Assembly: GCF_006345805.1 (NCBI RefSeq)
Contig: NC_043000.1
Location: forward strand, 30,070,001-30,134,000
Origin: Octopus sinensis
Lineage: Eukaryota
Direction of reading: 5' to 3'
Length of the DNA stretch: 64,000 nucleotides
The notes beneath the pieces are model-generated. The model was not told where the DNA came from and did not search any database. It saw only the letters and a list, made by a program, of their open reading frames with translations. Each line of letters begins with the position of its first letter. The first letter of the stretch is position 1. Positions 24,139 to 38,138 of this stretch are shown here, piece by piece. The position numbers and the translations under genes are program-made.

Positions 24139-26420
24139 AAATTGTAAATAAGATCTTCTAAATGTAGAAGGCAAACTGGAAACAAATTGAGAAAGAGATC
24201 CTCAAACAAAACTGGCCTGAATGTCTATCCTCGCCAGACATCGACATGAAACTTCAACAATTCATGTCTGTAATACAAGTCATATGCTACAAATGTGTCC
24301 CAGAGAGAAAGGCCACTGTACACAAGAGCAAAATCCCCAGAGAGAGGAAAATTCTAATGAGACGGCGTACAAAAGTTTCAAATCGCCTAAACAAACAAAT
24401 TGAAAGCAGTGAAAAGTCCCGCCTGAAAATAAAACTGTTGGAAATTGAAAAATGTCTGCAACTCTCCCATGAAAAGAAAGAGCAGACAAAGAAGCCTGGG
24501 CTATAGACAACATAAAATCTAACCCCAGAGCTTTCTACAGGTATGCCAAAGAAACAGCTACGGTGCACTGTAGGATAGGGCCACTCCTTGAAAAGGATGG
24601 CACACTCACAGGAAATCCAGTGAGGGTAAGGGAAATACTAAATGAGCAATTCAAGAGTATTTTCACGCCACCCCTAGGGCATTTTCAAGTCAGCAATCCA
24701 ACTGACTTCTTTACCATTGCAGATATAAAATCGGAGGCAGCGATGATTGATTACATCAATATAAAGGAAGACGATGTAATAAAGGCTATTAATGAAATGA
24801 AAACAAACTCAGCTACTGGCCCAGATGGATTCCCAGCAATCCTTCCAAATGTATGTAAGAGAGTCCTAGCAAGCCAACTGCAGTTCCTCTTTCAGAGCTT
24901 CCTTGCAACTGGTAAACTTCCAAGAAAACTGAAGGAACGTAAAATATGCCCTATTCATAAAAGAGGTAGCAGAGCGGAGGCCAATAACTACAGACCTATC
25001 TCTCTGACTTCACACATCAGCAAGGTCATGGAACTAATAGTCAGAAGGAAACTAATCACCTTCCTTGAAGAAAATGACTTGCTGCCTGACACCCAACATG
25101 GTTTCCGACCAGGAAGAAGCTGCTTAACTCAGCTCCTATAACACTATGACTGGGTGCTGAAACGACTGCTCAACCACTCAAATGTGGAAGTGATATATCT
25201 CGACTTTGCAAAGGCCTTTGATAAAGTCGATCATGGAATGCTATGTAACAAACTGCGTGATCTTGGCATAGTTGGAAAATTGGGAGAATGGCTTCATGAC
25301 TTTCTGAAGGATAGTAGTCAGGTGGTAGTAGCAAACAGTGAGCGGTGTTCCGCAGGGCACTGTTTTGGGACCACTACTGTTCATAATGGCCCTCTCAGAC
25401 ATGCCCTCAGCCACGCAGAGAGCCACGATCACAAGTTATGCAGATGATACAAAGGTTTCACAGGCAATACAGAACCCTGAATACACTAAGCACCTGCAAT
25501 GTGAGCTGGACAAAATATACAAGTGGGCTGAAAAGAATAGCATGCAGTTCAATGCTGAAAAGTTTCAAGCTCTATACTATCAGCACGCAAAACTAAATGC
25601 AATACCCAATAAATACACTGGACCTGGAGGGACTGCAATCCCAGAGGCACAATCAGTGCGAGACCTGGGTATTTACATGAGTGATGATGCAACCTTTCAT
25701 GTGCATGTTGCTAAATTGGCAATGAAATGTAGGCGGCTGACCGGATGGATTCTTAGAACCTTCAGAACAAGAGACCAGGAAACCATGATGGTCCTCTGGA
25801 GGACACTTGTCCTAAGCCACTTTGACTATTGCTCTCAGCTATGGTCACCATCCAGTGTCAAGTTAATCACAGAACTTGAGGCGATCCAACGAAGCTACAT
25901 GAAGAAGATAGCCTCTGTGCAGCATACAAGCTATTGGGAAAGGCTCAAGAGATTGAGACTCTATTCCTTAGAGCGTAGGCGAGAAAGATATGCCATAATA
26001 TACATCTGGAAGATCCTAGAAGGACTTGTCCCAAACTTTAGCATCGAGAGTTACACAAATGCCAGAACTGGGCGCCACTGCATAGTGCCAAGGGCTCTAA
26101 ATTTGCCATCAAGATGTAGGACAAGATACTGTGATAGCCTGGGCTTCCGAGGCCCACAGCTCTTCAATATCCTCCCGAAGAACCTAAGAGACCTGCATAG
26201 GGTGGATGCAGATGTCTTTAAAATTAAACTGGATGAACCAACTCCCAGATGAACCAACTTCACGGCAGGAGGTGCAGATGAGGGCAGCTGCATCGAACTC
26301 TCTCATGCACCAAATGGCAATTGCTAAAAAGCATTCGTGAAGTAAAATCATGTAGCAACACCAAATGGCGGTGCCCCAGCATGGCCACAGCTTGTGAGCT
26401 GAAACTAGATAAATAAAAAA
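24139..26420 (+). mobile_element. CR1-group LINE, 5'-truncated, frameshifted ORF2 reverse transcriptase
   Basis: GPDGFP, NYRPISLTS, QHGFRPGRSC, YLDFAKAFDKVDH, SGVPQGTVLGPLLF, YADDTK, DYCSQLWSP and YWERLKRLRLYSLERRRER spread over three ORFs. Confidence 0.92.
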
Positions 26421-26431
26421 TATATATATAT

Positions 26432-26494
<63 letters not shown>

Positions 26495-26608
26495 TAGATA
26501 TAGATATATAGATGTGTATACATATGTGTGTTTGTATTTGTGCGTATGTGTTGTATATAAGTATACATTTATACCCAAACACGTACATATAGACAATATT
26601 CTAGTGTA

Positions 26609-26655
<47 letters not shown>

Positions 26656-27085
26656 GGAGCGCTATAAAAATATGGAGCCGTATCTGCGGGTTTTATATCT
26701 TTTGCGAGACAGGACGATGAAAGTAATAATTCTGAAAAAGATTGTGCTCGAATTATTTTGCAAGATCTCCATTACTTGAGACGATCATCGGCTGACTTCT
26801 TTATGCCTTCTTTATCGCCTGCTTTCTTAACGGATATGAAAACTGTCTTTTTACGACACTGTTCCTATTTCCGTTACATAACTCTTGACGATATTCATAA
26901 CATTTCAATCTGTCACTTGATGAAGGTGGCTTTCTTCGTCATAACATTCTTTCAGATACTATATACATATGTATACATATATACATACATATATATAAAT
27001 ATGTATGTATATATATATATATATGTAAATATATATATATCTGTGTATGTGTGTATATATATATATTTATATGCATATATATATG

Positions 27086-27150
<65 letters not shown>

Positions 27151-27336
27151 TACATATATATATATGCATAAAATATACATATGGGTATATATATGTGTGT
27201 GTGTCTGTGTGTGCGTTTATGCGTGTGTGTGTATGTATGTATATATAATATTTTTAACACAGAGATAATGCATAACAATGTATGTACATAAATGCACACA
27301 CACACACACATACAGAGACAGATACACACGAACATA

Positions 27337-27732
27337 TTCTTTTATTCTTTTATTTGTTTGTTTCAGTCAATTGACTGCGGCCATGCTGGAGCCCCGCCTT
27401 TACTCTAGCAAACCAACGCCATGACTTATTGTTTGCGAGCCTAGTACTTATTCTATCATTCTCTTTACCGAACCGCTAAATTACGGGGACGGAAACACAC
27501 CAGTCTCGGTTGTCAAGCGATGTTGGCGGTGGGCACAAACACAGACACACAAACATATATATATATATATGTATATGTATAAGCTTTCAGTTTCCGTCTA
27601 CCAAGTCCACTTACCAGGCCTTGGTTGGCCCGGGGCTTTAGAAGACACATGCCCGAAGTGCCACACAGTGGGACTGAACCCAGAAACATGTGGTTGATAA
27701 GAAAGCTACTTAACACAGCCACCCCTGCGCCT
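27337..27732 (-). mobile_element. Family B SINE with CR1-like 3' tail
   Basis: Head GTGGCTGTG..AAGTAGCTT; tail GGCGGGGCTCCAGCATGGCCGCAGTCAATTGACTGAAAC. Confidence 0.85.
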
Positions 27733-28384
27733 CTTAGATATATCTTATCTTTTATATATTTCAGTCTCTGCGCCGCGGCCATCCTGAGGCACTGCTTGAA
27801 TAGTTTTCCGTCGAGCCTGTTTCATGCTTGATTTAAAAACCATTACATTATCTACCCCGGTGTTTGGCTGAACCGCTGGATTACATTGAAGTATGCAATA
27901 CCTGTTGTGAAACGTTGGAAGTATACACACATGAGATGCATGTATTTATCCATATAAATATATATGGCATCGAGTCGTTTTAGTTAAGCGTTCGGTATCT
28001 AGTTCTGGAAATTATGTTTTCGAAACGACAGACTATGCAGACAATCTTGCAGATATTTGCGTGTTCATATACGTAAATATTAACAAATGAAATCAATGGT
28101 ACATGGGTAATCGTTTTTTATTTTGTATATTTTCATTTGTATTGCTTATTTTTACATTTTAGTTTTTTGGCTGAGATTTTTCTTGAGAACTCATTCTTCG
28201 TGGTAATGGCGATTTGGCGTCTATGTTTAGCATATAGGCTGTCCACTTTAGTGGTCATTCCTCTAAATTTTGTATGTAACACAATTTTTAATCTTCGGAT
28301 TTTTTAAGTATGCTAAGCGACTGGTTTTAATTGATTAATATCAATTTCTACCCTTATTTATAATATATATATATATATATATAT

Positions 28385-29972
28385 ATTATATTATATTAGA
28401 GATAAAACCACCATTAGGCAAATCAAACAGTGAAAAACATAAGCAATACATAATATTAATTAAAAATATAAAAGTTAAAAATTAAAAAATTATTTAAATA
28501 ATTAAACTTATAAATTTTAAATATATATATACAAATATATATATATAATATATATATATATATTATATATATATATAATATATAATATATATATATGTAT
28601 GTATATTTTTTTTATTTATATATTATTTTATTTATTAATTAATTAATTTTTTTTTTTTTTATTTTTAATATATAAATATCAAAAGTATAAAGTTTAATAA
28701 AAGATACAGAGTAAAACACTACGATCGTTTCATGGCTGTACCAATTCGAATAACAATAATTTTAATTCAATTAATAACTCGAATTATGGTTACAGTCAAT
28801 CTTCAGGTTAATTGAAATATTTTTAAAATAATCAGAAATATTTAAACAATATTTTAAAGATATAAATAATATAATAATTTTACTTATAATAAACTCTATT
28901 AACAAACTAGAAACTTAAAACTTAACAATTATGATTATATCAAAATCGATTTTATGTTAAATATTAATTTTAATTTATAAGGTAAGAAACCCACCAATAA
29001 TCTAATATCGTTAATAGTCTATATTTAATTACATAAAGATTTTTTTTTCAATGACTATTATATATAAATTATTAATGAAAATATATAAATCTATATAAAT
29101 ATTATAATTAAGATCTAAAATAATCTCTATAAATAAATATATATGCACATATAATAAAGACCTAATAAATTAACTTTTCATATTTAAAGATGAAATAGCT
29201 AATTTCAAAAATACAAACAAACAAACTTAAACGAACTTTCGGAAATCTAATTTAAAATACTTATAGAAATAATCAATTCGTAGTTATATAGTATCGAATA
29301 AATACTATAAATACTATAAATATATTTATCAATGGGAATAACTAGCCAATATCAATTTAAAAAGACAATAACTAAGTTATGCTATTAAGTTAGACATGGC
29401 CTGTACCAATCTTTGGTCGAAACATATCTAAGTTTAACAAATTTTAATTATAAGAAATTTAAAACTACAATTAATACTATTAATACATGTATATACAAAA
29501 ACCTAACTTTAGACAACTCTTATAATTGCTATCAAACAACAAATCTATTGCTAAGTAATATCTTACGAATAAACTTAAATTTAATATCTAATAATATAGA
29601 AAATTACGATAATTAAATCATTACATAAACAACGATATTTACATAAGAAAAATATTATTACACCAAACACTTATAAAATATTAAAATTTACAATTTAAAG
29701 ATCTTAAATATAAATAAATACTTATCTTAGCGAGGTTTTGTAAATATTTCTGATTATTTTAAAATATTTCAATTAACCTGAAGATTGACAGTAACCATAA
29801 CTCGAATTATTAATTGAATTTAAATTATTGTTATTCGAATTGGTACAGCCATGAAACGATCGTAGTGTTTTACTCTGTATCTTTTATTAAATTTTACTAC
29901 TTTTGATATTTATATATTAAAAAAAAAATTAATTAATAAATAAAATAATATATAAATATATTATATATATAT

Positions 29973-30030
<58 letters not shown>

Positions 30031-30205
30031 TTGTATATAAATATTTGTATATATATATATTTAAAATTTATAAGTTTAAATTATTTAAATAATTTTTTAA
30101 TTTTTAACTTTTATATTTTTAAATTAATTTTATGTATTGGCTTATGTTTTTCACTGTTTGATTTGCCTAATGGTGGTTTTATCTCTAATTTAATATAATA
30201 TAATA
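28385..30205. mobile_element. 1.8-kb AT-rich foldback element with about 460-bp inverted arms, each holding a hammerhead motif
   Basis: 28385-28844 vs 29741-30205; HHRs at 28718-28808 (-) and 29776-29866 (+): CTGAAGA-long stem II-GAAA-CGATCG-TA. Confidence 0.8.
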
Positions 30206-30296
30206 TAATATATTTATAATATAAAATTGGATTTAATCATAAATCAAATTTTTCCTGTAAGTTTGGATTTATTCCCTAATTATTATTATTATTAAT

Positions 30297-30330
<34 letters not shown>

Positions 30331-30448
30331 ATATATATATAATATATATATATATATTATATATATATATATATATATATTATATTCTATATATATATAT
30401 AATATATATATATATATACATATCTATATATAATATATATACATAAAA

Positions 30449-30656
30449 AGTTAATCCAATATGAAAACACAAAAAGAAAACACAACAACGCGAGGACGTG
30501 GAACAAATATAGTATTATTGGACGCTCAAGAAGGAAGGGAAGAAGGAGGGTTTAACGTTTCGAACGGAGCTCTTCGTCAGAAACATAGGAAAAGGAAAGA
30601 TCCAGAGAAGGGAAGACGGAGGGAAAAAAATCGCCAACGGTACACACGCGGTCACA
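30449..30656 (-). mobile_element. Second copy of the 200-bp minimal-hammerhead element (HHR 30550-30584)
   Basis: Minus strand gttt-CTGACGA-A-GAGC-tcc-GTTC-GAAA-CGTT-aaac. Confidence 0.8.
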
Positions 30657-30755
30657 TTTTGAATATATATGTATATATATGTATATATATCTGTATATAT
30701 ATGTATATATATGTATATATATATATATGAATATATATGTATACACACACACACA

Positions 30756-30791
<36 letters not shown>

Positions 30792-31029
30792 GGTTAGAAA
30801 CATATATACTTACATGCATATTTACATAACTCCACTTGTCAAGAGTTCCAGCTGAGCCTACCTTATGCCAGGAAACGCGGATGAAGGCATGAGCATCAAA
30901 CTCCCTCATTGACTAAATGCAGAGCAGGTTTCAAATAATGGCGTAGCTCAGTCAACGATGTTACCCCAGCATGACCGCAACTTTGAAGCTGAAACAATTT
31001 AGATTTGTATATGTATACGTATATGTATA

Positions 31030-31061
<32 letters not shown>

Positions 31062-31197
31062 CATACCATAGTGAGCACATAAATGCGAAACAAGGTGGAA
31101 AAATTAGTACTCGGGTCCCATAGGGAGAGTAATAAACTTTATTAAAAAGCAGCAAAAACATCACAAAAGCTGTTACTCTGAGTGTCACGTTCCCTCT

Positions 31198-31250
<53 letters not shown>

Positions 31251-31342
31251 ATCTATCATCTATCTATCTATCTATCTATCTGTCTGTCTGTCTGTCTATC
31301 TATATATATATCTCTCTCTCTATCTCTCTCTCTCTCTCTCTC

Positions 31343-31385
<43 letters not shown>

Positions 31386-32823
31386 ATATATATATTATAC
31401 ATATGACATACGTACATTGTTGATGTTGAAATTCCAATGAAAGATCCTTCGATCTCGGTTAGGAATCGGCTCTTTCTCTATTGGCAACAAATCTTGAAAT
31501 AAAACTGAATGACATACATACACACATACATAATTACATACATATAAATATACATACATACATAGGTAGATAGAGAAGTTCGTAGATATATGTACATTTA
31601 TATGTTATATATTATATAAACACACACGCACTCATACAGATGTATACCTCATACACATGTAACCCTTCCTTATGTCTGCGTGTATATCCTTCTTAATATC
31701 TCTGTGTATGTCTCTGTGTATTCGTATATACGTGTACACAAGTTTATGTCGTTGCAGGGCAGAGACCCTTGTGCATTGTTAAGAAGCTTATCACAATGCT
31801 TCACCTTTCTTTCTTCCCGTAGTGGTTTTAATCGGATTAAACTCCTTTTTTCGCCTTGATTTCACATTCGATCATTTCTCTGTAACTGGCATATCTTAAG
31901 GTACTGCCATAGCGACATAGAGCAGAAGCATTGACTATTTTTTTTATCGTCTCATCAATTGAAGTACTTCAAAATCTTTTCTTACTTTTCTGGTAATTTT
32001 CTTGACAGCTGATGTGTGATCTGTTGTATTCTTTTTATGTTACGTAACATATTGCTGTGATTTACATATTAGTTATATAGGCAATCGTATCTCTTAATCT
32101 TAAAAGTTGTATATCTTTCATTTAGAGTTGTTGTTTGTAAAAATTAGGAAATATCTTTGAAATTAGATATCTGTAAACCTATAAGCTTTACATTATCAAA
32201 TGATTTGTTTTAATTAAGTTGTCATAAATGTTAAACATGCAATGTTAATTATAGTTAAATTATAAGTCAGTGAGCTGTAGAATTATTAGCCTGTCGGACA
32301 AAATGCTAAGTGATATTTCTTCCGGGTATTAACGTTCTGAATTCAAATCTTGTTGAGGCCAACAAGCGATATTAATTACAGTTCAGATGCAAATCTGTGA
32401 ATTGGAAAAATTGTTAGCATGCCGGACAAAAGGTTCTGCAGTGTTTCTTCCGGGTTTTAACGTTGTGAATTTGAATTCTGTTGAAGCCAACTTTCCATGC
32501 ATTATTTCTGGGTGCATAAAATAAAGTAGAGGTCAAATACCTGTCGATGTAATCGAATTGTCTCCCCACATAAAATTGCTGGACTTTAGATCCTTCCATG
32601 AAATGGCATCTTGACCAGATTTACTGTTGCAATCTGTGCCATTTATACACAACGAAAATCAGGTAATCGGATTATGACTCCTAAGGCTCAAGAAAACACA
32701 AAGCTTTAAGTCATTGGGCCTCAACCATTTTATTTTTATCTATCCACCCCTCTATTTCTTATTCTACTATGTTGGACCCTTCATAGCCATACGATGTTTA
32801 GAATATACTATTACATTATTATT

Positions 32824-33130
32824 GGAGACACATGGTCAAGTGGTTAGAGCAGCGGCCTCGCGGTCGAGGGATAACGGGTTCGAATCATCTCAGACCGGGC
32901 GATGTGTGTGTTTATGAGCGAAACACCTAAGGTCCACGTGGCCCCGGCAGAAGGTAATGGCGAACTTCTGCTGACTCTTTCGCCACAACTTTCTCTCACT
33001 CTTTCCTCCTGCATCTTGCAGCTCACCTGCGACGGACCGGCGTCCCGTCCAGGTAGGGAACCTATACGCCAAGGAAACCGGAAAACCGGCCCTTATGAGC
33101 GAGGCGTCACTCCAGAAGGAACAAACAATT
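32824..33130 (+). mobile_element. Family D-related tRNA SINE
   Basis: TGGTCAAGTGGTTAGAGC A box, GGTTCGAATC B box, body shared with 16810-17105. Confidence 0.8.
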
Positions 33131-33592
33131 ACATTATTATTATTATTATTAAATAATATTAAGAATTGTATTTTTAAAATTTGTGAAGGAGTATAAGTAA
33201 TCTACTGATCATAAATTTTAATAAAACTCATTTATGCACTCCCAAGGGACAAACGAACCCCGATTGAGAATCACAACATTCAGTTATCAACAGGTTCGTC
33301 TTAATTAAAGTGGTATAAATGTTACATATATGGTTTTAATTAAGGATATATATGTTGACATTTACGTCTGCGATTACATCTGTCTTAGCTGTATTTCTTT
33401 ATTAGAAGCAATTATTTGTTAATTATAAATTTTCTGTTAATTAATTTATCGATTAATTAATTGATTAAAACTACCATTTTTTAAATTAAAGAAACAATGA
33501 TTTTATGTACATAATGTTAATGGACAATTAAGCTGCTCCATAGCAACTAACGCTGTGGTGCTAAAACTAGGTGCATGAATTGAGGACAAATA

Positions 33593-33844
33593 TTGGGTTG
33601 TCCGGAAAGTTCGTGCCGATTTTTAAAGGAAAGAAAAAGTTCAATAAATACTTGCCATTACATTTTTGATCAACCAAATATGAACCATTTTGTTGCACAA
33701 TGCATCTCAATCTTTCCTTTAACTTGAAAATTTCCTCTTCCCAGAACTGAGGTGGTTTCATGGCAAAGAATTCATCAACCATGTTCTAAAATAAGTCGAA
33801 AAGTAAGCTACTTTAAATCGGTACGAACTTTCCGGACAACCCAA
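33593..33844 (-). mobile_element. Internally deleted mariner element (MITE-like)
   Basis: About 30-bp TIRs TTGGGTTGTCCGGAAAGTTCGT.CCGATTT, TA flanks, transposase C-terminus FFAMKPPQFWEEEIFKLKERLRCIVQQNGSY. Confidence 0.9.
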
Positions 33845-34173
33845 TAGAATATTGCAATAACATGTCACTGCGTACTCTGTGCAAGAAAGCGTTCATAAAA
33901 CATTGATAACCTTCTAGATCCATGTAAATCTGAAAACCTCCTCAACTGAATCACAAAGAATCTATTGAGTCGTCAGAGAAATTCCTACGGTTTGGTTCCC
34001 TTATTTTCCAAAGCGTGGCTGTGTCGTAAGAAATTTGCTTCCCGACCACATGGTTCCGGGATCAGTCCCACTGCGTAGTAACTTGTGCAAGTGTTTCCAT
34101 TAGCCTCAGGCCAACCAAATCCTCTTGAGTGGATTTAGTAGACGGAAACTGAAATAATCCAGTCGTGTATATA

Positions 34174-35084
34174 CAGCTTTAGCCAAAAGTATAAGGCCAC
34201 CCCAATGCTTTGGGGTTCTGCTATCTCAATGTTAATGAAACTCGTGCAAAATGATATTAGCTTCATGTTGGATACGTTTTTTTATATATTTTGGGCAACA
34301 AACCAGTTACATGAAGTTTATATGTTGATTGAAAACATGTACTATCTTACCTCATAGTTACTTTCAGACCATATGACTTTTGACTATTGCTCACTGGTCC
34401 AATTTGAATGGTTTTTGGCCCACAGAAGACATTTTTCCATATTCGCTTAAAAAACCCATCGCTTTACAGCTTTTCAGACCGTACTCTACAAGCCTTCTTC
34501 TAATAGTTCTGGTTGATATTTGTGAAGTATTTGCCTGGTTGAAGTCCGCACAGAGCTCCAGCGACGATGTTTTTCTTCTGTTTCTGAGCGATGACGGATG
34601 ATGTATGTATCATCACGAGATGATGAGACCTTTTTTCTGCTTGTTCTTTGTATTGTCTTCACACTCATTGTCTCTCCGAGAACATGTTCTCACATCGAGA
34701 ACATTTCGTCTTCAGAGAAATTTGCCTTTGCGTCATTCCATCTTTATGATGAGCTACGATTTGACCTCCCTCACACTTACTCAACTCCCTTGTTTTAGGC
34801 ATTTTAATATTTATTAAGTGTATCAACAATGTATTTTAGCGTAAAACTCTGAAATAATCAAGGAAACATAAGTTAATTTTGGGCGTTGGTCTTACTCATA
34901 ATCGGTTGCATATGTCCAGTACAGTATAAAAGCGGTAATTGATGCTAAAAGATGGTCAGCCAGATATTAAAACTAATGTATATTGTGGAATATACCATAA
35001 TCTACCATCTGCACGAGTTTCATTAACATTGAGATAGCAGAACCCCAAAACATTGGGGTGGGCTAATACTTTTAGCCAAGGTTG
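34174..35084. mobile_element. Deleted and rearranged Tc1-like transposon
   Basis: About 79-bp TIRs with TA flanks; MPKTRELS... and SKVIWSE remnants on the minus strand; C-terminal KAVIDAK..RY* on the plus strand. Confidence 0.85.
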
Positions 35085-35086
35085 TA

Positions 35087-35189
<103 letters not shown>

Positions 35190-35219
35190 ATGTATGTATG
35201 TATGTATGTATGTATATCG

Positions 35220-35568
35220 TCATGGCACTCCGTCAACGGAACAGCCTGCTTGGGAAATGAACGTGCAAGTGGCTGAGCACCCCACAGACACGTGCACCCT
35301 TAACCTAGTTCTTGGGGTCATACAGCGAGACACAGTGAATGACAAGGCTGGCCCCTTTGAAATACAGGTACAACAGAAATAGGAAGAAAGAGTCAGAGAA
35401 AGTTGTGGTGAGAGAGTACAGCAGGGTTTGCCACCACCTCCTGCTGGAGCCTCGTAGAGCTTTAAGTGTTTTCGCTCAATAAACACTCGCAACGCCCAGT
35501 ATGAGAATCGAAACCGTGATCCTTCAACCGCGAGTCCACCGGTCTAACCACTGGGCCAGTGCGCCTAC
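35220..35568 (-). mobile_element. Family D-related SINE
   Basis: Head homologous to 16810-17105. Confidence 0.75.
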
Positions 35569-35586
35569 ACACACTCATACTCACAC

Positions 35587-35621
<35 letters not shown>

Positions 35622-36174
35622 TGTATTGTATATATTTTTATTATTTTTATAATTTTCATATATTTCTTTTATTATAAATGCAAAACAACACCACGGAAGA
35701 ATCGACGTAAGCTTAAATAATAAACCGCGATATGTGAACCGCGATAGATGAACCGCGATATGGCGAGAGATTACTATACGTTATCTTTTATACTTTTATA
35801 CGCGAGTGAAATTTTGCTACTATTTCTATAATGTTGCGCAACGACACATCAGTTTTACTCTGTTTAAATGTGATTTTGTGGAAGCACTCGGTAATATTAA
35901 AGACATTAAGAACTAGATAATGCATGGTTCTTAGAGGACTTTCTGGAGACATTTCAAAATTTCGCATAAAATATGAATCTCATTGATAAACCACTGCCAC
36001 AGATTCTAGTCTCCCACTGCTATAAATCTCAACATTCAAAATTCTTAAAATATTTCAATAGAAAGAAGCCAATATATGAACACGTTTCTTTTCAAATGTA
36101 TATATGTGTGTGTGCGTGTATACATACATAATACATAAATATGTATAGGTGTGTGCGTGCGTGTGTTAATTAAA

Positions 36175-36830
36175 AGGAGACAATAAAACCAAGACCGTGT
36201 GGAATTTTCTGGACATTTATAAAGTGAAAGTAAGTCTTACAACTGTTTCTGGGATGTTAGGGATATCTCTTTATCAGAGAGGTTAAATAGAGGGAAATAT
36301 TAGAGTTCAGTATAAGTAGTTATTTTCTAAAAGGATGGATATAGGGAGTATAAAGGGAAATAAGAAAATAAAAATGAAAGTAAAAATATATGTAGGATAG
36401 TATAGTTGCAGTTGCATTATCTAAGGAAAGTGCTGTGTAGAATGGGTAGAAATGCTTCTTGTTCATGGTATGTAGAATCCGATAGGAGTTCATATTTTGT
36501 TATTACAAGTGGATAGTATTTAGACATAAATTCCATGTGCTGTTCATTGAAAGGGATCCTGTGGTGTGAATGAAATTTTGAGAATGTATTGGTGGGGGTG
36601 AGTAGATAAAGAGAAGAGGATAGATATGTATGTTAGGAGGAGAATGGTATTAGTCAAAAGGAATAGGGGAGGAAAGAAGAAAGAAAGAAAAAGGAGGATA
36701 AATGAGCAAAGGAGTGATAGATGGTAATGAAGATATAGTGAGGGGGATGGGAGAAGAGAACTATCAGGATAAAAGGAACCGGGGAGGGATAGAAGGAAGA
36801 GATAAGAATGTAAGGAAGGAATACACACTG
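36175..36830 (-). mobile_element. Homolog of 11940-12810 with hammerhead motif (36235-36280)
   Basis: Minus strand tct-CTGATAA-agagatatccctaacatccca-GAAA-cagttg-TA-aga. Confidence 0.65.
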
Positions 36831-36840
36831 TAACAACTCT

Positions 36841-37510
36841 GAATATACGAGCGCCCAACGTATACACAGCTCCAATATCGAACCATATACTTTAGACCAT
36901 AACGGAAACCCAACCAATCCTACTAACACTAAGCAGAATGCTACTACCCTAACTTTCACCACAATTACAGATAGGATAAATAACCACGATAGAAATAGCA
37001 AAGATATTTGTAATAATAATGTTAATAACATAGAGCAATCTACCTCCATCTCTGACCTCTCCTTAGACAGTATTACTTCCGCCGTTCCTGAAAATAATCC
37101 CCACAATGCACTACCATGTAATTGCCGCCCCGGTACCATTTGCCCTCTACAAACCCGTTGTAGATGGTCTCACGTAAATTACAAATGCACCGTTTTCAAC
37201 ACGCTGCACAATTCTACAACCATAGTTATTGGGTCAACTATAAATTTTAAACAGCGATACGCTACGCATCTCGGTTCTTTTAGATATGAGAAGCACAGTA
37301 ATTCCACAGCACTCGCCAGTCACATACACCATCTCAGAAATAGGGAAACTCCATCTAACTTGTCATAGTGCATAATAGATTCAGGACTTCTATAGCAGGA
37401 TTAATGCTTAGCCTATAAGTTATGCCTAAAAGAAGCATTTCACGTACTAAAACACAAATCTTCAATACTACTAAAGTATAATGAGGCCCTGGGTACGTGC
37501 AAACACCTGT
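36841..37510 (+). pseudogene. Naiad-type PLE GIY-YIG endonuclease remnant (absent from the ORF track)
   Basis: Manual translation: PCNCRPGTICPLQTRC..VNYKCTV..VIGSTINFKQRYATHLGSFRYEKHSNSTALASHI...KLCLKEAF...ALGTCKH; three in-frame stops in the 3' half. Confidence 0.8.
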
Positions 37511-37930
37511 TTTCATAGCTTCAAATTTTACCACAAATCTAAATGCAGCTTAAACCAGCACACAGTACATATACCGACCCCCCCCTTAGGTAACACCCAA
37601 CAACCTTATTTGATTTTCCAATGTCTTATTTCTTTATTTTTTCAATTCTAATTTTAATCTTTTAATTGTTTAATAATACGTATTGAAACATGTATGTGTA
37701 TATATATATCTATATGTGTGTGCCCATTGGGTGCCCTGTTATTTTAATATATATTTATATTCGATTTTTATTTGACTGATTGGAGTGCTTATGCATTATA
37801 CCTTTCAAAATATCTCTCCTTTCGCTTCGATGTTGCCCAAGCACTTCCAGTTGCAGTACTATTTTTAGTTTTGCTCTTAGGTTTAACGAAATTGCCTTTC
37901 GGTTTAACGAAGTTATAAAATTATCCTCTC

Positions 37931-38011
<81 letters not shown>

Positions 38012-38027
38012 CATATATATAATATAT

Positions 38028-38071
<44 letters not shown>

Positions 38072-38106
38072 TATATACATATATATACACATACATACAT
38101 ACATTC

Positions 38107-38138
<32 letters not shown>

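Noticed and set aside
29390-29432. Small stem-loop in the foldback spacer, considered as a SECIS
   Set aside because: Lacks the AUGA/GA quartet geometry and has no associated ORF.
28850-29740. Possible mitochondrial insertion (very AT-rich)
   Set aside because: No recognisable mitochondrial gene or tRNA; it lies between the inverted HHR arms.
31430-31480. HHR-like CCAATGA...GGAATCGGCTC; similar weak hits at about 18900, 42807, 43185, 56091 and 63090
   Set aside because: Too many core or stem mismatches to call without a family consensus.
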